The notes: generated by a model from the letters alone, not told the origin. Positions 53,927-60,692 are shown, counted from the stretch's first letter. The stretch is DNA of 64,000 bases from a virus (IMGVR_UViG_3300012943_000001:103743-167742), one strand, 5' to 3'. Translations and numbers: made by a program.

Positions 53927-54001
53927 GGGTTGTAAGCATAGGTGGCGATGCTCTAGGCTCTTAACCTTGAGAACGGGGTTCGATTCCCCGACAACCCACC
54001 A
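53927..54001 (+). tRNA. tRNA-Lys(CTT)
   Basis: GGGTTGT...loop CTCTTAA...TTCGATT...ACAACCCACCA. Confidence 0.65.
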
Positions 54002-54005
54002 TTTT

Positions 54006-54078
54006 GACGCGTTAGCCAAGCGGCAAGGCGGCTCTCTGCAAAAGGGTCTAGACTGGTTCGACTCCAGTACGTGTCTCC
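54006..54078 (+). tRNA. tRNA-Cys(GCA)
   Basis: Loop CTGCAAA; GGTTCGACTCC; discriminator U + CCA as in Cys. Confidence 0.7.
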
Positions 54079-54125
54079 AATTATGAATTATAAGGAAAGA
54101 GAAAATAGAAACGCAGAATAGTTAT

Positions 54126-54199
54126 TGGCCTATGATGTAATGGTAGCGTCTTCGCTTGATAGGCGAATGGTTAGGGTTCGATTCCCTGTAGGCCAACCA
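54126..54199 (+). tRNA. tRNA-Ile(GAT)
   Basis: Stem TTCGC/GCGAA, loop TTGATAG; TTCGATT; ...GGCCAACCA. Confidence 0.65.
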
Positions 54200-54274
54200 G
54201 TTTATGACTCGACACCGTTGTGGCGAAAACCTTTTTGAAGGTTAATAACTCGCTCTTCGCTTTAGAGTCTCTTT

Positions 54275-54351
54275 GGAAATATAGCTCAACTGGTTAGAGC
54301 AGCATCCTTTTAAGTTGTTGGTTGTGGGTTCGAGTCCCGCTATTTCCACCA
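54275..54351 (+). tRNA. tRNA-Lys(TTT)
   Basis: GGAAATATAGCTCAACTGG...loop CTTTTAA...TTCGAGT...TATTTCCACCA. Confidence 0.7.
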
Positions 54352-54484
54352 ATTTCCGTTAGTAGTAACACCCCTATAATTAGACGAACCTTAAGTCATC
54401 GCTCTTTTTGAAGCTGGGACTACGTGTTTACTCGTAGTAAATAGTCTCGTGTGGAAACGAGTAGCTACGACGGAATTAGTTTAT

Positions 54485-54558
54485 GGACCTTTAGTGTAAT
54501 GTAGCACGAGAACCTTTGAAGTTCTCCAGTGTAGGTTCAAGTCCTACGGGGTCTGCCA
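54485..54558 (+). tRNA. tRNA-Gln(TTG)
   Basis: Stem AGAAC/GTTCT, loop CTTTGAA; discriminator G; TTCAAGT. Confidence 0.6.
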
Positions 54559-54563
54559 ATTTT

Positions 54564-54637
54564 GGGTTTATGGTGTAATGGCTGCACAGCGTCCTTTTAA
54601 GTCGTATGTCACGGTTCGAGTCCGTGTAGACCCACCA
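54564..54637 (+). tRNA. tRNA-Lys(TTT), second divergent copy
   Basis: Stem GCGTC/GTCGT (U.U), loop CTTTTAA; TTCGAGT; ACCA. Confidence 0.55.
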
Positions 54638-54643
54638 ATTTAT

Positions 54644-54718
54644 TGTTCTATTGTGTAATGGTTAGCACGGCATCCTTTGAAGTTGCTTGTCCTCGTTCGA
54701 ATCGAGGTAGAACAGCCA
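54644..54718 (+). tRNA. tRNA-Gln(TTG), second copy (U1:A72, G73)
   Basis: TGTTCTA...loop CTTTGAA...TTCGAAT...TAGAACAGCCA. Confidence 0.65.
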
Positions 54719-54813
54719 GTCTCCAACGGCGGGTAGGCCCGTCAAACAATATAGGAAGTCCTAACAAAACATATATCAGAAGGAGTAGGTGAAATCTTCT
54801 GAGCTTCCACTAT

Positions 54814-54888
54814 GCAAGTGTCGTCCAATGGATAGGACATCAGATTACGAATCTGAGAACGGGGGTTCGACTCCCTCCACTTGTACCA
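54814..54888 (+). tRNA. tRNA-Arg(ACG)
   Basis: Stem TCAGA/TCTGA, loop TTACGAA; TTCGACT; ACCA. Confidence 0.65.
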
Positions 54889-54894
54889 ATTTAT

Positions 54895-54970
54895 GGATAC
54901 GTGAGATAATGGAAGTCTGCTTGTCTTCGAAACAAGTTCTATGTAGGTTCGAGTCCTACCGTGTCCACCA
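54895..54970 (+). tRNA. tRNA-Arg(TCG)
   Basis: Stem CTTGT/ACAAG, loop CTTCGAA; TTCGAGT. Confidence 0.6.
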
Positions 54971-55114
54971 ATTTGCGGTCATACCGCAGCGTTTAGTAGT
55001 AATAGTTGCGAAGCAAAGTTCAATGCCGCATGTTAAAGTCAAAGTCTTCTTTGTAAAGATGATGAGCCCAGTACGGGTAATGTGCGAAACGTTTAAGCTA
55101 GACGTAGAATTTAT

Positions 55115-55209
55115 AGAGGGGTCGCATAGTTGGCCTAGTGCGTTCGCTTGGAAAGCGAATGGTCGGTTAAAAACCCGGCCCGCGAGTTCGAATCTCGCTC
55201 CCTCTGCCA
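55115..55209 (+). tRNA. tRNA-Ser(GGA), type II
   Basis: Loop TTGGAAA; long variable arm; TTCGAAT; ...CCCTCTGCCA. Confidence 0.65.
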
Positions 55210-55219
55210 AGTTTCTTAT

Positions 55220-55306
55220 GGAGATGACGCCGCAATTGGTAGCGGTATTCGGCTGTAAACCGAACGCCTTCGGGCACTGTGGGTTCGAATCCCTCCAGCT
55301 CCACCA
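55220..55306 (+). tRNA. tRNA-Tyr(GTA), type II
   Basis: Loop CTGTAAA; variable hairpin GCC-TTCG-GGC; one acceptor mismatch. Confidence 0.6.
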
Positions 55307-55311
55307 TTTAT

Positions 55312-55397
55312 GGGAGTCATGACAATCGGCTAGTCGCTTCGCTGTAAACGAAGTAACCCGCGAAGGGTGGCAGGTTCAATTCCTGCGGCTCCCACCA
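55312..55397 (+). tRNA. tRNA-Tyr(GTA), second divergent copy
   Basis: Stem CTTCG/CGAAG, loop CTGTAAA; variable ACCC-GCGA-AGGGT; TTCAATT. Confidence 0.6.
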
Positions 55398-55404
55398 AGT
55401 TTAT

Positions 55405-55479
55405 AGGGTGTTCGTCCAATTGGTAGGACAACTGTCTCCAAAATAGTGAATCTCGGTTCAAGTCCGAGGCACCCTGCCA
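55405..55479 (+). tRNA. tRNA-Trp(CCA)
   Basis: Loop CTCCAAA; discriminator G; TTCAAGT. Confidence 0.65.
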
Positions 55480-55558
55480 CCTTCCGACGCCCGTCTATAG
55501 ACTCGTCTATAGCTTGCGAAGAAGTTTGTGCGTTTGGGTTCGCCTTAAAAAGCCCTAT

Positions 55559-55633
55559 GGGATGGTAGCTCCAATGTAGAGCAGATGCCTGAAGAGCATC
55601 GTGTTGTCGGTTCAAGTCCGACCCTTCCCACCA
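55559..55633 (+). tRNA. tRNA-Phe(GAA)
   Basis: Stem GATGC/GCATC, loop CTGAAGA; TTCAAGT; ACCA. Confidence 0.65.
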
Positions 55634-55639
55634 ATTTAT

Positions 55640-55716
55640 TATGTCGAACGAACCATCGGTTGGACGACCTGACTGTTAATCAGGTGAAGCAAGTTCGAAC
55701 CTTGCCGACATAGCCA
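55640..55716 (+). tRNA. tRNA-Asn(GTT)-like, atypical D-arm
   Basis: Stem CCTGA/TCAGG, loop CTGTTAA; TTCGAAC; GCCA end; D-stem poorly paired. Confidence 0.4.
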
Positions 55717-55722
55717 TTTTAT

Positions 55723-55799
55723 TCCGCGTTAGCTCAGTTGGCAGTAGCGAGTGTCTGTTAAACACTAGGTCGTACGTTCGAACCGTACACGCGGAGCCA
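55723..55799 (+). tRNA. tRNA-Asn(GTT)
   Basis: TCCGCGTTAGCTCAGTTGG...loop CTGTTAA...TTCGAAC...ACGCGGAGCCA. Confidence 0.75.
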
Positions 55800-55839
55800 A
55801 ATTTCAGTTGAAAAATTAACGAGTCCTGTTAATATCAGG

Positions 55840-56391
55840 ATGTCGGTTCAATCAGATAGGGTCAAACTTTGGAGAAAACAAACCAAGCTACGTATCGTTC
55901 AGGCGATGGGTGGAAAGTGTCAGTGTTGCGGATACAACAAATGTGTAGACGCCTTAGAGATTCATCACCTAGACCCAGAGGAGAAGTCCTTTACGGTCTC
56001 TGCATTAAGAGCGAATCACGGAAGCTGGGACTCCATAGTGAAAGAACTTAGAAAGTGTGTAATGCTTTGCGGCATCTGTCACGCAGAGTACCACGCGGGC
56101 ATGAGAGAAATTCCCGCAGACGCCCAAAGATTCAACGAAGAATACGTTGACTACAAAGCGTTGGGCAAAGAAAAGAGTTTCTGCCCAATTTGTAAAGAAG
56201 AGAAAGAGGAGTTCAACAAAACATGCTCGTACAAGTGTGCGGCTGTATACAAGGCTCCAATAGATTGGTCTAAGTACGACTTGAAGAAAATGTACGTGGA
56301 CGAAAAGAAAACTCAAACAGAGATTGGCACAATAGTTGGCCTGTCTGATGTTGCGGTTAGTAAGCGACTTAAAAAGTTGGGTCTCAAATAA
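55840..56391 (+). CDS. HNH homing-type endonuclease
   Basis: CQCCGYNKCVDALEIHHLDP...CGICHAEYH; inserted between tRNA genes. Confidence 0.7.
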   Translation: MSVQSDRVKLWRKQTKLRIVQAMGGKCQCCGYNKCVDALEIHHLDPEEKSFTVSALRANHGSWDSIVKELRKCVMLCGICHAEYHAGMREIPADAQRFNEEYVDYKALGKEKSFCPICKEEKEEFNKTCSYKCAAVYKAPIDWSKYDLKKMYVDEKKTQTEIGTIVGLSDVAVSKRLKKLGLK

Positions 56392-56398
56392 TTTTTAT

Positions 56399-56477
56399 AC
56401 GAACGTAGTGCTAGTCTGGTTAAGCGACTCGATTTGGAATCGAGATTTCGCGGGTTCAAATCCCGCCGTTCGTACCA
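56399..56477 (+). tRNA. tRNA-Pro(TGG)
   Basis: Stem CTCGA/TCGAG, loop TTTGGAA; TTCAAAT; ...CGTTCGTACCA. Confidence 0.55.
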
Positions 56478-56496
56478 TTTGTTAGTGTTAGTATAT

Positions 56497-56574
56497 CCGT
56501 CATTAGCGTAATCTGGCTATCGCGTTTCGTTTGGGGCGAAGAGACTGCTGGTTCGAATCCAGCATGGCGGACCA
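56497..56574 (+). tRNA. tRNA-Pro(TGG), second copy
   Basis: Loop TTTGGGG; TTCGAAT; ...ATGGCGGACCA; long D-loop. Confidence 0.5.
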
Positions 56575-56579
56575 TTTAT

Positions 56580-56652
56580 TCACTCGTAGTTTAGTATAAA
56601 ATTCCCTCGCTTTAGAGGGTGACACGCGGCTTATAACCCGTCGAGTGAGCCA
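56580..56652 (+). tRNA. tRNA-like gene with a 6-nt anticodon loop (GCTTTA)
   Basis: Perfect acceptor TCACTCG/CGAGTGA + GCCA; stem CCCTC/GAGGG closes a 6-nt loop; no GG in the D-loop. Confidence 0.35.
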
Positions 56653-56717
56653 TTCTTGCAAGACCGTGAAGCTTGAGGTTGCAACCTTGAGTGAGTGACG
56701 GAAAGCGAAACGTACGT

Positions 56718-56790
56718 GGTGAAGTAACCCAGTGGAAGAGGTAGGCCCGTTAAAGGGCCTCAAGCGTTGGTTCGAATCCAACCTTTGCCG
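56718..56790 (+). tRNA. tRNA-like gene with a 6-nt anticodon loop (GTTAAA), no encoded CCA
   Basis: Acceptor GGTGAAG/CTTTGCC (2 G.U); stem GGCCC/GGGCC; T-arm GTTGG-TTCGAAT-CCAAC. Confidence 0.35.
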
Positions 56791-56875
56791 TATGCGTACT
56801 GAGTAGCATAACTTTATCTAGTGGTTCGCCACTTAGAACCTTCAGGTCTCCATGAAGCAAAACCGGAGACATTAT

Positions 56876-56952
56876 GGGCGTGTGGCGTAATTGGTAAACG
56901 CGTTTGACTCAAAATCAAAATTCTGTCGGTTCGAGTCCGACCTCGCCTACCA
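56876..56952 (+). tRNA. tRNA with anticodon CAA (Leu-like decoding) but a class I body
   Basis: Stem TTTGA/TCAAA, loop CTCAAAA; TTCGAGT; ...CTCGCCTACCA; one acceptor mismatch. Confidence 0.45.
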
Positions 56953-56956
56953 CTTT

Positions 56957-57087
56957 GGGGAGTTAGTTAAAAACTAATCATCCACTTCGACATTTCTCTG
57001 GCAACAGTAGCTATGAAGAGGATTACATCGGAAAAACAAATGCCTGTAAAGCGTTAATAGGAGGTTCGAATCCTCCACTCCCCACCA
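56957..57087 (+). tRNA. elongated tRNA-like gene (~131 nt) with an internal insertion
   Basis: GGGGAGT...(approx 70-nt insert)...GGAGGTTCGAATCCTCC ACTCCCC A CCA; perfect 7-bp acceptor. Confidence 0.35.
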
Positions 57088-57150
57088 ATTTACTTTTCAA
57101 CGCTCGAAGTCCTACGGGACAAGGGCCGAAAAGAAACAGAAAGGATAACA

Positions 57151-57237
57151 ATGGAATTCGTAACTATTGCTATCGCTGCTTATGCGGTTATCGGTTTGCT
57201 ATATCAAATGGCAAAAGCGTACCCGGCAGTTAAATAA
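57151..57237 (+). CDS. small hydrophobic peptide (28 aa)
   Basis: RBS AGGATAACA-ATG; MEFVTIAIAAYAVIGLLYQMAKAYPAVK; followed by an intrinsic terminator. Confidence 0.3.
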   Translation: MEFVTIAIAAYAVIGLLYQMAKAYPAVK

Positions 57238-57246
57238 GAAAACAAA

Positions 57247-57278
57247 TGGGGGCGGCTCTGTAATGGGGTCGCCCCTTT
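57247..57278 (+). terminator. rho-independent terminator after the small peptide ORF
   Basis: GGGGGCGGCtctgtaatggggtCGCCCC + TTTCTATT. Confidence 0.5.
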
Positions 57279-57282
57279 CTAT

Positions 57283-57358
57283 TGATGAATGGTGTAACTG
57301 GCAACACGCTTGATTCTGACTCAAGAGACTCTAGGTTCAACTCCTAGTTCATCAGCCA
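57283..57358 (+). tRNA. tRNA-Gln(CTG) (U1:A72, G73)
   Basis: TGATGAA...stem CTTGA/TCAAG, loop TTCTGAC...TTCAACT...TTCATCAGCCA. Confidence 0.7.
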
Positions 57359-57364
57359 ATTTAT

Positions 57365-57442
57365 GGACGCGTAGCTCAGTTATGTAAGAGCATCGGCTTG
57401 AAACACCGAGGGTCGGCGACTCAGCATCGCCCACGTCCACCA
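57365..57442 (+). tRNA. tRNA-Phe(GAA)-like, non-canonical T-loop
   Basis: GGACGCGTAGCTCAG...loop TTGAAAC; T-loop CTCAGCA; ACCA. Confidence 0.4.
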
Positions 57443-57448
57443 GTTTAT

Positions 57449-57563
57449 GGGCGTCTAGTGTTGAATCCGTAACTCGTACGGAAGTTGAAATACAAGGAAG
57501 CACATCGCGTAGTTGAAGAACGATGACCGCGAAGGTACGGGTTCAAATCCCGAACGTCCACCA
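57449..57563 (+). tRNA. elongated tRNA-like gene (~115 nt)
   Basis: GGGCGTC...CGTAC[~55 nt]GTACG...GGGTTCAAATCCCG AACGTCC A CCA. Confidence 0.3.
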
Positions 57564-57709
57564 CTTTTAGCGACCGCACCAGCTTACGTGAAGATTCGTA
57601 CATTTCGAAGCGTGGACGCACGTGTAGGACCGCAGGCCCCTATATCTTTCGGTATAGAGATTTCCCTGAGACGGGCCGCTAAACAATTTCCAGTAGTCAC
57701 AGTCAGACA

Positions 57710-57781
57710 TTCATCGTAGCTTAATGGTTAAGCAATTGTCTCAAACACAGTATATTGTAGGTTCAAATCCTACCGATACCG
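57710..57781 (+). tRNA. tRNA-like (loop CTCAAAC), weak acceptor, no CCA
   Basis: D-arm GCTT-AATGGTTA-AAGC; T-arm GTAGG-TTCAAAT-CCTAC; acceptor only 4 bp. Confidence 0.3.
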
Positions 57782-57823
57782 CAAGGTATTACCTGTCTGG
57801 CAAATTTTCTCTGGAAAATCTTT

Positions 57824-57898
57824 GGTTGTATAGCTCAATGGTTGAGCAATCTCTTGATAAGGGATAGGTTGTCGGTTCGAACCCGGCTGCAACCACCA
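57824..57898 (+). tRNA. tRNA-Ile(GAT), second copy
   Basis: GGTTGTATAGCTCAATGG...loop TTGATAA...TTCGAAC...TGCAACCACCA. Confidence 0.7.
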
Positions 57899-57943
57899 AT
57901 TCTCTGTTGGCTTGACGGAGCTAAAAATATTGAGCCTTCTTAT

Positions 57944-58021
57944 GGTGTCGTAGGTGTAATTGGCTTTGCATACTAGACTGTGAATCTGGGGGAACGAATT
58001 CGAATTTCGTACGACACACCA
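57944..58021 (+). tRNA. tRNA-His(GTG) with encoded G-1
   Basis: G-GTGTCGT...loop CTGTGAA...TTCGAAT...ACGACACACCA. Confidence 0.7.
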
Positions 58022-58026
58022 TTTAT

Positions 58027-58103
58027 GGCCGTTTAGCCCAATTGGCAGAGGCGTCTGCCTTAGAAGCAGAATGTTGAGGGTTCGAGTCCCTTGGCGGCTA
58101 CCA
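58027..58103 (+). tRNA. tRNA with anticodon TAG (Leu-like decoding), short variable arm
   Basis: Stem TCTGC/GCAGA, loop CTTAGAA; TTCGAGT; ...GGCGGCTACCA. Confidence 0.5.
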
Positions 58104-58267
58104 CTTTAAGGTACTAAAATGTTTTTACTACCTACAGATACTAAAACTATGGAGGATGCTATGACAATGCTAAACGCGAAAGAGAGCAAGCACATCACGG
58201 GCTTGACAATCGGAAGTTAAAGAGAGTTAGGGTTAGAGAACACCATCATAGAGATTACGATTTCTAT

Positions 58268-58624
58268 TTGAGTTATGGAGATATGCTTAAACGCTTTCCC
58301 GTAACTAAGCAAGGCGACCCAGAAGGCTACGACCCAATTCAATGCTACGTCCTAATCGACTCGCATGGAGAACGGAGCGGGCCTCACCCTTGCAATGACC
58401 CTGACACTTTAGACAAAGTTTTAAGAGGCAAAGAGAACGTAAACCTGCAAATCAAAATGTGGGTTGAGTCAGTAATGGACAGCACTCTTTGGCCTGAAGA
58501 AGTGAAAGAGTATACGAAAGATTATCCTGAGTGGGTATTCAAATCGTTCCTCAATCAATTGCATAGAGAGATAGTTAAGAAGATAGGATTCGTTCCTACC
58601 TTTATGAAAGTTTCGCCGCAGTGA
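58268..58624 (+). CDS. hypothetical protein
   Basis: 118-aa ORF (TTG start) between tRNA genes. Confidence 0.45.
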   Translation: MSYGDMLKRFPVTKQGDPEGYDPIQCYVLIDSHGERSGPHPCNDPDTLDKVLRGKENVNLQIKMWVESVMDSTLWPEEVKEYTKDYPEWVFKSFLNQLHREIVKKIGFVPTFMKVSPQ

Positions 58625-58635
58625 TGCGGCTTTGT

Positions 58636-58712
58636 GGCCGGATGACGGAATTGGCATACGTATTGGTCTAAGAAGCCAAGTTTTGTGGGTTCGACTCCCA
58701 CTTCGGCTACCA
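58636..58712 (+). tRNA. tRNA, anticodon read as AAG (uncertain)
   Basis: Stem TTGGT/GCCAA, loop CTAAGAA; TTCGACT; ...TTCGGCTACCA. Confidence 0.4.
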
Positions 58713-58717
58713 CTTTT

Positions 58718-58809
58718 GGGAGTGTAATGTAATGTAGCATCGCACGTTTTATAAACGTGGTGCAGTAGATAACTGCCGAGTATGGGTTCAAGTCCCTTCG
58801 CTCCTACCA
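58718..58809 (+). tRNA. type II tRNA with anticodon read as TAT (unusual)
   Basis: Stem CACGT/ACGTG, loop TTTATAA; variable hairpin GCAGT-AGATA-ACTGC; TTCAAGT; ACCA. Confidence 0.4.
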
Positions 58810-58810
58810 T

Positions 58811-58953
58811 GAGAGTGAGGTGTAATGGTTGCACGTTGACGATAGCAGGCGAAAATATGAGTGAAGCTGGCTAATAACCAACCGCTCCTCAAAGCATAGC
58901 TGTAAGTCTTGAAACATGTCAAAGGAATGGGTCCGAATCCCACGCTCTCTCCA
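58811..58953 (+). tRNA. elongated tRNA-like gene (~143 nt)
   Basis: GAGAGTG...(approx 80-nt insert)...TGGGTCCGAATCCCA CGCTCTC T CCA. Confidence 0.3.
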
Positions 58954-59047
58954 ATTTTGTGAGGGTAGGATAGGTTGTTGCAAATGATAATGTCTTTAGG
59001 TAACTTGCCGCGTAAAGAGTCCTATCTCGAATCACAATCAATTTTAT

Positions 59048-59122
59048 GGCGATATCTTCTAATGGCTAGGAAGGCTGGTTCTCAACCAGATAATCGGGGT
59101 TCGATTCCCCGTATCGCTACCA
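59048..59122 (+). tRNA. tRNA-Glu(CTC)-like
   Basis: GGCGATA...loop TTCTCAA (4-bp stem)...TTCGATT...TATCGCTACCA. Confidence 0.45.
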
Positions 59123-59337
59123 ATTTATGGCGAAGTGCGAGAAAGCTTTAAGTCGCGGTTAAAGTGCAGTGCTTAATAAGCCACTTACGTCACCAATTTA
59201 TAAATACACTCTAGTATCAAATTTCCAGACAGCATAACGAGCGGTTCGACTCCGCCCGAGCATCCCTAAGAAGATGCCGAGGGAACGCTGGAGAACATTT
59301 CTAACTTGAAAAATAGTTAGAGACGGATATAATTCGG

Positions 59338-59721
59338 ATGAAACAAAAGATTTTGAAACTCCTATCCGAAGGAAAGAGTCAGAAGGAAGTGGTAAGACTG
59401 TTGGGTTGCTCATCGGCGACGGTCTGGTATCATTCCTCAGATAAAGCGAAAGCAATAGTTCTACGGAACAACGCAAAGAACAAAACCGACTCTAAGAGAA
59501 GATTGAAAGAAGAGTTCGGAGGAAAGTGTATGTGTTGTGGATACAACAAAAGCTTCAGAGCGTTACACTTTCATCATAAAGACCCGTCTAAAAAGGACGA
59601 CGATATCAATAGCCTTGTAAGTAGAGGTCAGATTACACAAGCACGAGAAGAAGCAAAGAAATGCGTTCTTGTCTGTGCAAACTGCCACGCGGAAATCCAC
59701 GAAGGTATCCGCACCATATAA
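59338..59721 (+). CDS. HNH homing-type endonuclease (paralog of 55840..56391)
   Basis: CMCCGYNKSFRALHFHHKDP...CANCHAEIH. Confidence 0.7.
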   Translation: MKQKILKLLSEGKSQKEVVRLLGCSSATVWYHSSDKAKAIVLRNNAKNKTDSKRRLKEEFGGKCMCCGYNKSFRALHFHHKDPSKKDDDINSLVSRGQITQAREEAKKCVLVCANCHAEIHEGIRTI

Positions 59722-59864
59722 TTTCAGTAGTTACGTAGAGACTTTCATCGTCTATTAAACGAGTGTTTGTGAGGTTCGAATCCCACTCGCCCCACCATTT
59801 ATGGGGCGATACGCAAATGGTAAAGCGGCTAAAATCGTCTCTGCAATTTTTCTCTGAAAACTAA

Positions 59865-59940
59865 GCTGTAGAAGTTCAAAAGGTTGAACGACTCATTGGT
59901 AATGAGTAGGCAGCGGGTTCGATTCCCGCCTATAGCTCCA
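59865..59940 (+). tRNA. tRNA-Thr(GGT)
   Basis: GCTGTAG...GTTC/GAAC D-stem...stem ACTCA/TGAGT, loop TTGGTAA...TTCGATT...CTATAGCTCCA. Confidence 0.7.
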
Positions 59941-59988
59941 CTTTCAACTTGAAGATTACGCCCCTTTGGCGTATAATCTTTAAGACAT

Positions 59989-60064
59989 GCACCAGTATCA
60001 TAGCGGCTAATGAGCTACTTTGCCAAAGTAGATATCGCGGGTTCGAATCCCGCCTGATGCACCA
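59989..60064 (+). tRNA. tRNA-Gly(GCC)
   Basis: Stem CTACT/AGTAG, loop TTGCCAA; TTCGAAT; ...CTGATGCACCA. Confidence 0.65.
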
Positions 60065-60068
60065 ATTT

Positions 60069-60332
60069 ATGATTAAAAGACTAATAGGCCGATTTCAAAT
60101 CTGGCGTTTCAAACGTCAAAACCCAAAGAAAGCGATTGACGTAGAGATGCCCAATTCCGCTCCAGTTGTTGGCCGCTTTGAACTTAAGCCTTCAGGTCTA
60201 GATATTAATTGGCTATCAGAACCTACGCAAAGATTTCCTTACAAAGAGTCTTCACTTAACGAGTGGAAATTTCAGTGGGAAAAAGAGCGTATGAGATTGA
60301 TTAAGGTTGACCAACCTGAAAAAACTTCGTAA
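60069..60332 (+). CDS. hypothetical protein (88 aa)
   Basis: Start moved to the ATG (MIKRLIGRF) immediately after tRNA-Gly; the track ORF start lies inside the tRNA. Confidence 0.45.
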   Translation: MIKRLIGRFQIWRFKRQNPKKAIDVEMPNSAPVVGRFELKPSGLDINWLSEPTQRFPYKESSLNEWKFQWEKERMRLIKVDQPEKTS

Positions 60333-60522
60333 CATGGCCGAGCGTGAATATACAGAAGTTGGAGACGGAGTTTACTTAGGTAAGACCGGCCCTATAGAAG
60401 AAGGAGACATCGCTCCGCCAAATTCTAAAAGTCGTCGATGGGTTACGCAAAAGGGTCTAGAAGACGCGGGTGGACAATTCAAAGACGGTAAGAAAGTTCC
60501 TCCTACAGAGACAGACATATAA
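60307..60522 (+). CDS. hypothetical small protein
   Basis: 71 aa, TTG start, overlaps the upstream ORF end. Confidence 0.35.
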   Translation: MTNLKKLRNMAEREYTEVGDGVYLGKTGPIEEGDIAPPNSKSRRWVTQKGLEDAGGQFKDGKKVPPTETDI

Positions 60523-60530
60523 CATTTTTC

Positions 60531-60605
60531 GCGGGATTCATATATCGGCTATTATGTGAGTTTTCCAAACTTGACAGGTGGGTTCGACTCCCTCATCCCG
60601 CACCA
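60531..60605 (+). tRNA. tRNA-Gly(TCC)
   Basis: GCGGGAT...stem TGAGT/ACTTG, loop TTTCCAA...TTCGACT...ATCCCGCACCA. Confidence 0.55.
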
Positions 60606-60609
60606 TTTC

Positions 60610-60685
60610 GCATCGGTAACTCAATAGGTAGAGTGTCTGTGCTCCACACAGAAGGCTGCGGGTTCAATTCCTGTCCGGTGCTCCA
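60610..60685 (+). tRNA. tRNA with an ambiguous anticodon loop (GCTCCAC; TCC or 5-nt loop CTCCA)
   Basis: GCATCGG...ACTC/GAGT D-stem...TTCAATT...CCGGTGCTCCA. Confidence 0.4.
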
Positions 60686-60692
60686 ATTTCAA

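Noticed and set aside
53816-55615. Track ORFs 53816..54019(-), 54789..55322(+), 54956..55210(-) and 55376..55615(-)
   Set aside because: They lie across consecutive tRNA genes (Lys, Arg, Ser, Tyr, Trp). The protein sequences are low-complexity translations of tRNA stems.
56503-58834. Track ORFs 56503..56781(-), 57321..57503(-), 57513..57719(+), 58469..58834(-) and 58555..58791(-)
   Set aside because: These are antisense or sense read-throughs of tRNA and tRNA-like genes. They have no RBS or promoter context.
58954-59047. Possible tRNA between the elongated tRNA-like gene and tRNA-Glu(CTC)
   Set aside because: Only a long-range GATAGG/CCTATC helix and a TCGAATC segment are present. There is no acceptor/CCA or cloverleaf.
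59123-59335. Possible additional tRNAs at about 59128-59190 and about 59240-59270
   Set aside because: The first has a partially paired acceptor and D-stem but no foldable anticodon arm. The second is only a T-arm-like GAGCGG-TTCGACT-CCGCCC fragment without an acceptor partner. Both look like degenerate remnants next to the HNH insertion, so I did not list them as genes.
59949-60068. 5' part of track ORF 59949..60332
   Set aside because: The proposed start lies inside the tRNA-Gly gene and its upstream hairpin. An ATG with the sequence MIKRL immediately follows the tRNA 3' end, so the gene is called from 60069.
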